Assembly (NCBI GenBank): GCA_004299485.1
Contig: SCQP01000008.1
Span: forward strand, 132,341-196,340
Source: Acidobacteriota bacterium
Lineage (GTDB): Bacteria; Acidobacteriota; Terriglobia; Terriglobales; SCQP01
DNA: 64,000 nt
Direction: 5' to 3'
Shown: in pieces, positions 20,279 through 28,845 of the stretch
Layout of the letters: each line of letters begins with the position of its first letter
Numbering within the stretch: the first letter of the stretch is position 1
Notes under the pieces: model-generated
Told to the model about the DNA's origin: nothing
Database searches by the model: none
What the model saw: only the letters and a program-made list of their open reading frames with translations
Translations under genes and position numbers: made by a program

Positions 20279-20316
20279 CTTCCCTCCGTAATACAAGTGT
20301 AATACACTACGCCGCA

Positions 20317-22170
20317 TCAGGCGGGATCGAGGGGGCCGGGGACAGCAGCGACGGCGTCGAAATCGGCGAACTGGAGGTCGTAGAGGCGGCGGTAGATGCC
20401 GTTGGCCGCGTGCAGCTCGTCATGGCTGCCCACCTCGACGATGGCGCCGGCGTCGAGCACCAGGATGCGGTCCGCATTGCGGACGGTGGAGAGGCGGTGG
20501 GCGATAACCACGACAGTGCGATGCTGCATGAGGTTGGCGAGCGCGCGCTGGACGAGCATTTCACTTTCGTTGTCGAGAGCGCTGGTGGCTTCGTCAAGGA
20601 TGAGGATGGGGGCGTTCTTCAGGAGGGCGCGGGCGATGGCGATGCGCTGGCGCTGACCGCCGGAGAGGCGGACACCGCGTTCGCCCAGCATGGTGTTGTA
20701 GCCCTGGGGCGTGGCGGCGATGAACTCATCGGCGAGAGCAGCCTGGGCAGCGGCACGGATGGCGGCGGGGGTGGCGGCGGGGCTGCCGTAGGCAATGTTG
20801 TTGGCGACGGTGTCGTTGAAGAGGATGGTCTCCTGGGTGACGTAGCCGATCTGCGAGCGTAGCGAGCGCAAGGTGCAGGCGCGTACGTCCACGCCATCGA
20901 CCAGGACGGCGCCGGCGGTGACGTCAAACAGGCGCGGAATGAGATTGGCGACGGTGGTTTTGCCGGCGCCGCTGGAGCCCACCAGGGCGACCACTTCGCC
21001 GCGGCGGATCTCGAAATCGAGATCGTGCAGCAGGGGTTCGTCGGGTTGATAAGCAAACGCCGCGCCGGCAAAGCGGATGGCGGTGCAGAAGGGCGCGAGC
21101 GGGCGGGCCCCGGGACGCTCGTGGATCTCCTCGTGCAGATCCATAAACTCGAAGACGCGCTGGGCACAGCCGGCCGCGGTCTGAAAATTGTTGTAAATAC
21201 CGGCCATACGCCGCAGGGGTTCATAGAGCTTGAACAGCGAGTAGATGAAGGCCACCACCATGCCGGTGGACATGATGCCGCGCCCGACGGCGCCGCGGGC
21301 GTAGAGCAGGAAGAGGATGATGGTCACCGCGCCCAGAATTTCCATCAGCGGGGAAGCGATGCTCTGCTGCAGGATGTAGCGCAGATTGGAGTGCAGCAGG
21401 CGGTGGGCGGCGGCGCGGAAGCGGGCGACTTCGCGGCCTTCCATGCTGAAGGTTTTGACGACGCGGTGGCCGGTGACGGTCTCGTGCAGGATGTGCTGCA
21501 CGTCGGCCATTTCGTCCTGGCCGCGGCGGGCGGTACGGCGGACGTGCTTGCCCAGCCAGGCGGTGGGCAGAATGACGGCGGGGGTAAGGACGGCGGCGTA
21601 GAGGGTCAGCTTCCAGTTCAGGAAGAGCAGCACGGCTGCGAAAAAGATGAAGCTGAAGGTCTGCTGCACGCTGTCGGCGAGGGAGTTGGACGCCGCCACC
21701 TGGATGCGCTCCAGATCATTGACGACGGTGGACATGAGCTTGCCGGTGGCCTGACGGGAAAAGAAGGCGGCAGATTGATGGATCAACTTTTCGTAGACCG
21801 CATTGCGCAGATCGGTGATGGCGCCATAGCCGACCCAGTTGATGAGGTAGGTGCCGCAGTACTCGCCGATGGCTTTGCCGACGACGAGCACAATCAGCGC
21901 CAGAGCGATGATGGACGCGGGGTTGTGGGAAAAGCCGTGGGGGATGAAGCTATTGAGGTAAATGTTATGGTCAAGCAGCGGCGGACGCGCTTTGAGCAGC
22001 AGAATCGCACCGCCGCCGCTCGCGGGCTTGAGGAATTTGTCAATGACCGGCGCCAGCATCAGGGCGACGGAGGCATCGAGAGCGCTGGCCACGGCCATGA
22101 GTCCCAGGGCCGCAAGGAACTGGATCCAATAGCGCGTGACGAAGCCGAGCAGGCGATAGAAAGGGCGCAT
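20317..22170 (-). CDS. ABC transporter, fused permease/ATPase (MsbA-like lipid exporter)
   Basis: Six-TM N-terminal half. Walker A GSSGAGKTT, signature LSGGQRQR, Walker B ILILDEATSALD. The start is moved to MRPFYRLLGFVTRYW (22170). Confidence 0.88.
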   Translation of the reverse strand: MRPFYRLLGFVTRYWIQFLAALGLMAVASALDASVALMLAPVIDKFLKPASGGGAILLLKARPPLLDHNIYLNSFIPHGFSHNPASIIALALIVLVVGKAIGEYCGTYLINWVGYGAITDLRNAVYEKLIHQSAAFFSRQATGKLMSTVVNDLERIQVAASNSLADSVQQTFSFIFFAAVLLFLNWKLTLYAAVLTPAVILPTAWLGKHVRRTARRGQDEMADVQHILHETVTGHRVVKTFSMEGREVARFRAAAHRLLHSNLRYILQQSIASPLMEILGAVTIILFLLYARGAVGRGIMSTGMVVAFIYSLFKLYEPLRRMAGIYNNFQTAAGCAQRVFEFMDLHEEIHERPGARPLAPFCTAIRFAGAAFAYQPDEPLLHDLDFEIRRGEVVALVGSSGAGKTTVANLIPRLFDVTAGAVLVDGVDVRACTLRSLRSQIGYVTQETILFNDTVANNIAYGSPAATPAAIRAAAQAALADEFIAATPQGYNTMLGERGVRLSGGQRQRIAIARALLKNAPILILDEATSALDNESEMLVQRALANLMQHRTVVVIAHRLSTVRNADRILVLDAGAIVEVGSHDELHAANGIYRRLYDLQFADFDAVAAVPGPLDPA

Positions 22171-22181
22171 CGCCGGGAGTC

Positions 22182-23279
22182 TCAGTGCCGCAGGTCGCGG
22201 TGCGCCAGGGTGGGGCGGTAGCCCAGCTTGCGCAGCTCGCGCCGCAAGGCCTCGGCGATATAGACGGAGCGGTGGCGTCCGCCGGTGCATCCGACGGCGA
22301 TATTCAGATAGCTCTTGCCCTCCTCGATGTAATGGGGGATGAGGTAGGCCAGCAGATCGCGGATGCGGGTGAGGAACTCGGCGGTCTGGGGAAAGGAGCG
22401 GATGTATTCGGCCACCTTGCGGTCGCGGCCGTCATGCGCCTGCAGGGCGGGGATGTAGTTGGGATTGGGCAGGAAGCGGACATCAAAGACCAGATCGGCA
22501 TCGCTGGGGACGCCGCTGCGGAAGCCGAAACTGGTGACCGCGATCTGCAGGCTGGGAGCGAGACCGGCTTCAATGACGTGCTCGCGCAGGAAGGCGCGCA
22601 GCTCGTGGACGTTGAAGCGGGAGGTATCGACCACGAGGTCGGCGGCGGCGCGGATTTTCGCCAGGGCCTTGCGTTCCGCCTCGATGCCACGGCGGAGCTC
22701 CGTTTCGCCTTTGCGGCGGTCGCGGCCGTGGCTGCCATCGCGCTCGGCGAGGGGGTGGGGGCGGCGGGTTTCGCTGAAACGGCGCAGAATGGCTTCGTCA
22801 CTGGCTTCCAAAAAGAGCAGCGTCAGCCGCAGAGGTGAGTCGCGCAAGGTTTGCAGCAGGGCGGGCAGCGCCTCGAGGCGCTGGCCTTCACGGATATCGA
22901 CGACGGCGGCGACACGCTTCACTTCGCCGGAGCCGTCAAACGAGGCCTGGCGGACCAAATCGACGAAGGGACCGATCAGGCCGACGGGCAGATTATCGAC
23001 ACAGTAGTAGCCGGAATCCTCAAAGACTTTTTCGGCCGAACCCTTGCCGCTGCCACTCAGACCGGTAATGACTACGACGTGCAGATCCGATGGCGTTCGG
23101 GTTCGGTTGTGCGGCGCGCGGCGCCGCGAGTGCGGCCGCCGGCCCACTCCCTGTGCCCGCGCAACCGCGTGGCTCGCCACTTTTTGCCCTGGTCGCTCCC
23201 GTTGGTCGCTGGGAGTGCGGGCTTCGATTCCCGGCAGGGTCCGCCCGCTGGCGCTCCGGACTCCCCGAGGCGTCTTCAT
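22182..23279 (-). CDS. rapZ: RNase adapter protein RapZ (start codon uncertain; the ATG-initiated ORF includes a repeat-derived N-terminal extension)
   Basis: VVITGLSGSGKGSAEKVFEDSGYYCVDNLP and the C-terminal GCTGGRHRSV motif. The Walker A begins near residue 72 of the ORF, versus near the N-terminus in typical RapZ as I recall. The only ATG (23279) overlaps the rpoN stop as ATGA. Confidence 0.85.
   Translation of the reverse strand: MKTPRGVRSASGRTLPGIEARTPSDQRERPGQKVASHAVARAQGVGRRPHSRRRAPHNRTRTPSDLHVVVITGLSGSGKGSAEKVFEDSGYYCVDNLPVGLIGPFVDLVRQASFDGSGEVKRVAAVVDIREGQRLEALPALLQTLRDSPLRLTLLFLEASDEAILRRFSETRRPHPLAERDGSHGRDRRKGETELRRGIEAERKALAKIRAAADLVVDTSRFNVHELRAFLREHVIEAGLAPSLQIAVTSFGFRSGVPSDADLVFDVRFLPNPNYIPALQAHDGRDRKVAEYIRSFPQTAEFLTRIRDLLAYLIPHYIEEGKSYLNIAVGCTGGRHRSVYIAEALRRELRKLGYRPTLAHRDLRH
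23169..23264 (+). repeat. 110-nt repeat family 1, copy 1 (right end diverged)
   Basis: GTGGCTCGCCACTTTTTGCCCTGGTCGCTCCCGTTGGTCGCTGGGAGTGCGGGCTTCGATTCCCGGCAGGGTCCGCCCGCTGGCGCTCCGGACTCC. It matches copies 2-4 over about 96 nt. Confidence 0.85.
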
Positions 23280-24838
23280 CGCACACGCCGCTGGTGCGTG
23301 GACGGGATGTGCATGTCCTCGCGGTATTTGGCGACGGTGCGGCGGGTGACGTCGATGCCCTGCTGCTTGAGCACCGCGGCAACCTGGTCGTCGGTGAGGG
23401 GGTGCTTGGGATCTTCCTCCGCGATCAGCTTTTTGACGCGGCGCTTGAGAATCAGCAGCGAGGTTTCGCCGCCGCGCACGCCCTGGACAGCCTCGGTGAA
23501 GAAGAAACGCAGTTCGAAGACGCCCTGGCTGGTATGGACGTACTTATTGGCGACGGCGCGGCTGACGGTGGAGGGGTGGACGCCGATCTCCTCGGCGACC
23601 TCCTTGATCATCATGGGTTTGAGGAAATCCATGCCGAAGTCGAGAAAGTCGCTCTGGCGCTCGACGATGGTGTGGCAGACGCGGGCGATGGTCTGCTTGC
23701 GCTGCTCCAGGTTGCGCAGGAACTGGATGGCGCTGGCGTAGCGCTCTTTGATGTAGCGGCTGGTGTCGCGCTGCTCGCGGCCGAACTTCATGTCGCGGTA
23801 CTGATAGTTCAGACGCAGGTTGGGCATGCCGTCATCGTTCATGATGATCTGATACGGATTGCGGCAGGACTCGGAGCCGCAGATGGGACAGCGCTCGGCG
23901 CGGCCCTTGACGAAAGCGACGTCGGGCTCGATGAGGCGGGTGTTGGCGGGATTGTAGCGGCGGCCGGGGAAGGGATCGAGCTTGCGGATCTCGGCGAGCG
24001 CCCCGGCAATCTCTTCCTCGCTGACATTGAGTGTGCGCGCCAGCTCCTGGCGGCGGGGATTCTGCAGGGCGGGCAGGTGCTCGCTCACCAGGGCGATCGC
24101 CAGAATCTGGACGCTGGGAAGCTGGAAGAGCTGGATGAGGAGGCATTCGCGCAGATCGCGGGCGCCCACGCCGGGCGGATCGAAGCGCTGCACCAGATTC
24201 AGGGCTTCGCGCATGAGGTCTTCGGCGATGCCCTCGCCGGTGGCGATTTCCTCGATGCGCAGCGGGCGTCGGCCCTTGTCGTCCTCGGCGGTGAGATAGC
24301 CGTCCTCGTCCAGATTGCCGATGATGGCTTCGGCGGCCTGGCGGAGGCCGTTATCGATAGGCTCGACGCTGAGTTGCCAGCGCAGGTGATCGGTGAGGGT
24401 GGTGGGGGCACTGAGGAAGTTGTCGAAGGAGGGGCGGTCGATCTCCTCGCGCTCGTGGGGCTGATAGCCGGGGTCGAGATAGTTCTTGAAGAAATCGCCG
24501 TAATCGATCTCCTCGAACGAATCCTTGGCGGGCGCCTCGGCGCCAGCTTCGGGCGTGCTGCCATCGGCAGGCGCAGGCGCGGCGGCGGCCGGCGCGGGGG
24601 TGCGCTCCATCTCGTTCTGGCGCTGCAGGTCCTGCTCGAGACGCGTCAACTCGTCCAGACCGGGAGCGTTGCCGTCCTCCTGGTTTTCGTCGAGCATGGG
24701 ATTTTCGAGCAGCTCGTGACTGATGGCTTCCTGCAACTCGAGCTTGTTCATGGCCAGGATATTGACCATTTGCACGAGCCCGGGCGTGAGCGTCTGCTTG
24801 AGGGCCGGCTTGGCGATCAGCTTGGGGCCAAGATTCAT
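23276..24838 (-). CDS. rpoN: RNA polymerase sigma-54 factor
   Basis: The internal Met gives MNLGPKLIAKPALKQTLTPGLVQMVNILAMNKLELQEAISHELLENPMLDE. The C-terminal RpoN box is present (ARRTVAKYRE). Confidence 0.93.
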   Translation of the reverse strand: MNLGPKLIAKPALKQTLTPGLVQMVNILAMNKLELQEAISHELLENPMLDENQEDGNAPGLDELTRLEQDLQRQNEMERTPAPAAAAPAPADGSTPEAGAEAPAKDSFEEIDYGDFFKNYLDPGYQPHEREEIDRPSFDNFLSAPTTLTDHLRWQLSVEPIDNGLRQAAEAIIGNLDEDGYLTAEDDKGRRPLRIEEIATGEGIAEDLMREALNLVQRFDPPGVGARDLRECLLIQLFQLPSVQILAIALVSEHLPALQNPRRQELARTLNVSEEEIAGALAEIRKLDPFPGRRYNPANTRLIEPDVAFVKGRAERCPICGSESCRNPYQIIMNDDGMPNLRLNYQYRDMKFGREQRDTSRYIKERYASAIQFLRNLEQRKQTIARVCHTIVERQSDFLDFGMDFLKPMMIKEVAEEIGVHPSTVSRAVANKYVHTSQGVFELRFFFTEAVQGVRGGETSLLILKRRVKKLIAEEDPKHPLTDDQVAAVLKQQGIDVTRRTVAKYREDMHIPSTHQRRVR

Positions 24839-24845
24839 AGGCAGC

Positions 24846-25586
<741 letters not shown>

Positions 25587-25642
25587 GGGAAGAGGGAAAG
25601 GGGCGGGGCGCGTTGGGGTGATTGTAAGCTAGTGAAAACGAA

Positions 25643-27943
25643 TTAGTTACGTCCCTTGGTTTTTCCCAAAACGCGGGTTCCGGACTTGCCACCCACCTGA
25701 ATTTCATCACTCGACAGAGAAAAAGTCAAGGGATCACCGGTGATTTTGCCGTGTTCGGCATCCAAAATGCTGGGGGGTCCGCCGTCCAGGCGGACCTGGT
25801 TGCTGGCAAAGTCATAGCTAAGCCGGGCAGCATGCGCGCTGCGTCCGGGCTGGCGGAGGGCGACGCCGCCGGTCGCTTGCGCACGCTCCAGAGATGGTGA
25901 ATTGCCTGAGGTGCTGAGATAGATGGTCAGTTGCGGAGCGGAGAGCGTTGCATCATCCACCGCGAGGCGAACGGCGCCGCTGTAGCGCGCCTGGTGAGCG
26001 GCTGCCGAATAAACCAATTGGCGCGCCCGCACCCGCACGGCACGCTCGTGGCCAGCCGCAGTGTGTGTGAGTTGCCGGTTGAGGCTCCCAACAGAGCTGC
26101 GGTTGGCGAGGAAATCGGTTTGCACATCACCGGTGGCAAGGAGCTGGGCGGGCATGCCATTGGCTCCGGCGGTGATGGTCAACCGACCGGCGCGCAGCAG
26201 ACTTGGGGCTTGCAGCAAGCGCACGGAGCCGGTGAAGACTGCGGTGCCGCGAAAGCTGGCCGCGGAGGTGGGTTTCGGGCCGGCAGGCTGGTCCCAATGG
26301 ACGCTCCCGGCGGTGATGACGACCGGTCGGTTGGCGGCGAGCATGGGGCCGACGTTGGAGGAACGGCCGGAAAGGCTGAGTTCGATGTTACCCGCAGGCG
26401 CGGCGTGGGCCGACAGACTGGCGCTGCCATCGGGATGACTGATCCAAGTGGCCGCCTCGGCGGAAAATGCGGCCTGGGGATCGGAGCCGTGGACGCTGCC
26501 TGTGAGGATGGCTTTGCCGTCGGCGGGGGTATAGGTGAGCTGCTGCGCCGAAAGCTCACGCTCGCCCGCGCGCAACTGAACGTCGCCGGTTTCGACGACT
26601 TTGCCCGGCTGAGCGCCGCGGCCGGCAGAGGGAGAAAATTCGATCTGCAGCGATTGGCTCTGCGAGGTGCGTTCGATGCCGTTGACGGTCTGATGAACCG
26701 CGACGTGGCCGCGGGCACGCAGAAGGCGCGGCTGCTGATTCCCCGCGAGCGTAAGCTGCAACTGGTCGGCGGCAGCGCGCAGAGGGCCGCGCACGATCTC
26801 TGTCCGCCCCTGGCTGGAAACGGCGATGAGGCTGGGAACTGGGCGGCCCGCGGCGGAGGGGCCAAAGGCAAAGTCGAGTTCGGGAGCGGCGAGGCGCTGG
26901 GGTACAGCGCCGGTTTCGGTAAGCACGGCGTTCTGGCGCGCGATCAGCATGTGCAGGATATTGGCGGGGGCGAAGCGCAGCGCAAGCTGGCCGGCGCGCA
27001 GGCGGCGGAGTAAATACTGACCGCGCAGGGTCTGGGTCTGCTCGGCGAGGACATGGCCGTCGAGTTCGAGGCGCTGCAACTTTTGTGTTGCCCGAGTAAA
27101 CTCCGCGTGGCCGGTATCGGCACGAACGCGTAAGGGTTCGCTCACGGTGGCGTTGGTGGCCAACACATGGCCGCTGGCATCGAGGCGCTGCAGGGCGTAG
27201 GTGGGGCTGACGGCAACCACGAAATGATCTGCCGCGAGCGACTGGACGCCCTGCCGCAGATAGGCATGGCCATCCAGATTGATGGTGACGGCGCCAGAGG
27301 ACAGTCGTTGCAGGCGGGCGGAGTCGCTCCTGAGATTGAGATCGGGCTGGCGCGCTCGCGGCCAGTCGAGTTGCACTCCACCGGCGAAACTGGCCTGGCC
27401 GCGGTGACTGTCCAACTCGACGGAAGCGGCGCGGCCGCGCGCGCCGCCCATGGCAAAAAGAACGCCATGGGCAATGGAGCCAGTACCCTGCTTGACGTTA
27501 TAACGCAGGCCGCGGGCGGTGAGGTCCACTTGGCGCTCGAGCTGAATATGCACCAGGCCGTCGGCTTGCAAATCGCCGCTCGCCTGATCGTAGCGGAAGG
27601 CGGCGCCGCTGATTTCGTCAGCATTGCGGCCCTGGCCATCGTAGACCAGGATGCGGACCTGGTGGAGCGCAACCACCCCGCCGGAGCGCAGCTTGTCGGC
27701 CCGGGAGGCATACACGCGGAACACCGGGCGGCCATTCACCGATTTAGAAATGTCCACGCCGGCAGCGCTTTGCTGCACCTGCAAACCGAGCAGCGGTGCA
27801 GTGGGTGCGGGATGGCGGCGGCGCTGGACGAAATAGGTCGCCGCCAGCGCGACCGCGCCGAGGACCAGAGCAGCGGCAATGCCGCGGCGGAGGCGCGTCA
27901 GGCGCTCGACGCGCCGGGTGTAGGGATTGGGCGCGCTGGGCAT
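25643..27943 (-). CDS. large LptC/LptA (OstA-like) repeat protein with N-terminal membrane anchor
   Basis: 766 aa. It has a single N-terminal TM (AAALVLGAVALAATYF). It has the beta-rich, low-hydrophobicity repeat texture of OstA-like jellyrolls, and sits immediately upstream of lptB. The assignment rests partly on context. Confidence 0.5.
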   Translation of the reverse strand: MPSAPNPYTRRVERLTRLRRGIAAALVLGAVALAATYFVQRRRHPAPTAPLLGLQVQQSAAGVDISKSVNGRPVFRVYASRADKLRSGGVVALHQVRILVYDGQGRNADEISGAAFRYDQASGDLQADGLVHIQLERQVDLTARGLRYNVKQGTGSIAHGVLFAMGGARGRAASVELDSHRGQASFAGGVQLDWPRARQPDLNLRSDSARLQRLSSGAVTINLDGHAYLRQGVQSLAADHFVVAVSPTYALQRLDASGHVLATNATVSEPLRVRADTGHAEFTRATQKLQRLELDGHVLAEQTQTLRGQYLLRRLRAGQLALRFAPANILHMLIARQNAVLTETGAVPQRLAAPELDFAFGPSAAGRPVPSLIAVSSQGRTEIVRGPLRAAADQLQLTLAGNQQPRLLRARGHVAVHQTVNGIERTSQSQSLQIEFSPSAGRGAQPGKVVETGDVQLRAGERELSAQQLTYTPADGKAILTGSVHGSDPQAAFSAEAATWISHPDGSASLSAHAAPAGNIELSLSGRSSNVGPMLAANRPVVITAGSVHWDQPAGPKPTSAASFRGTAVFTGSVRLLQAPSLLRAGRLTITAGANGMPAQLLATGDVQTDFLANRSSVGSLNRQLTHTAAGHERAVRVRARQLVYSAAAHQARYSGAVRLAVDDATLSAPQLTIYLSTSGNSPSLERAQATGGVALRQPGRSAHAARLSYDFASNQVRLDGGPPSILDAEHGKITGDPLTFSLSSDEIQVGGKSGTRVLGKTKGRN

Positions 27944-28030
27944 TCGCTATTAAGGATATGCCGGGCGGGTGATCCGCGTCACAGCCAAGGGATCGGCGGG
28001 GAGCCAGAGTAAACGTCGGGAGGGTAGGCC

Positions 28031-28840
28031 ATGGCAACCGATGCGGCGCTGGGGATCAAAGGGATACAAGAGGAACGGCAGCCGGGCCACTGGTTGCTGG
28101 CGAGCCTGGGCAAGCGGGTGCTGCGGCCGGGCGGACGCGAGCTGACGAACTGGATGCTGTCGCGGCTGGCGATTGGCGCCAACGACCGCGTGGTGGAGTT
28201 CGCGCCGGGGATGGGGGCGACGGCGCGGCAGACGCTCGCCGCCAAGCCGCGGGAGTACGTCGCGGTGGAACGCGACGCCGCGGCGGCGGCCCGCATGTGC
28301 CGCAAACTGGCAGCGATAGGTGGCGACGCGGTGCGCTGCGTAGAAAACAGCGCCGACGCCACCGGGCTGGCCTCGGCAAGCTACAGCGTGGTCTACGGCG
28401 AAGCCATGCTGAGCCTGCATACGGCGGAGCAGAAGCGCCGGATCATTGCCGAGGCCGCCCGGTTACTGGAGCCGGGCGGACGCTACGGGATCCACGAGTT
28501 GTGTCTGACGCCGGATGAGATCGATGCGGATTCGCGGCGCGAAATTTCCAGCGTGATGTCGCGTGAGATCCACGTGGGCGTGCAACCCATTACCAGTTCG
28601 GAATGGCGCGAGTTACTGGCCGAGGCCGGCCTGCGCGTCGTGGCGGAATCGCATGCCCCGATGCACTTGCTGGAGCCCCGCCGCCTGATCGCGGACGAAG
28701 GGCTGCTGGGGGTGGCGCGGATTGCCTGCAACCTGGCACGCAGGCCGGCCGCCCGGGCGCGGGTGAAGACCATGCGGCGGCTGTTCCGGAAGTATACGGA
28801 GCAGATGGGCGCGATCGCGTTCGTAGCGGTGAAGGCCTAG
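28031..28840 (+). CDS. class I SAM-dependent methyltransferase
   Basis: Motif I VVEFAPGMGATA and post-I/II LLEPGGRYGIHE. Confidence 0.75.
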   Translation: MATDAALGIKGIQEERQPGHWLLASLGKRVLRPGGRELTNWMLSRLAIGANDRVVEFAPGMGATARQTLAAKPREYVAVERDAAAAARMCRKLAAIGGDAVRCVENSADATGLASASYSVVYGEAMLSLHTAEQKRRIIAEAARLLEPGGRYGIHELCLTPDEIDADSRREISSVMSREIHVGVQPITSSEWRELLAEAGLRVVAESHAPMHLLEPRRLIADEGLLGVARIACNLARRPAARARVKTMRRLFRKYTEQMGAIAFVAVKA

Positions 28841-28845
28841 TCCGT

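Noticed and set aside
23215-23250. tRNA or tRNA-fragment interpretation of GCGGGCTTCGATTCCCGGCAGGGTCCGCC within the 110-nt repeat (possible att site of an integrative element)
   Set aside because: Only a T-arm-like hairpin is present, with an 8-nt loop and a mismatched closing pair. There is no D-arm or anticodon arm, no CCA and no full tRNA nearby. Four near-identical 110-nt copies do not fit an attL/attR pair. It is kept as a descriptive feature of the repeat only.
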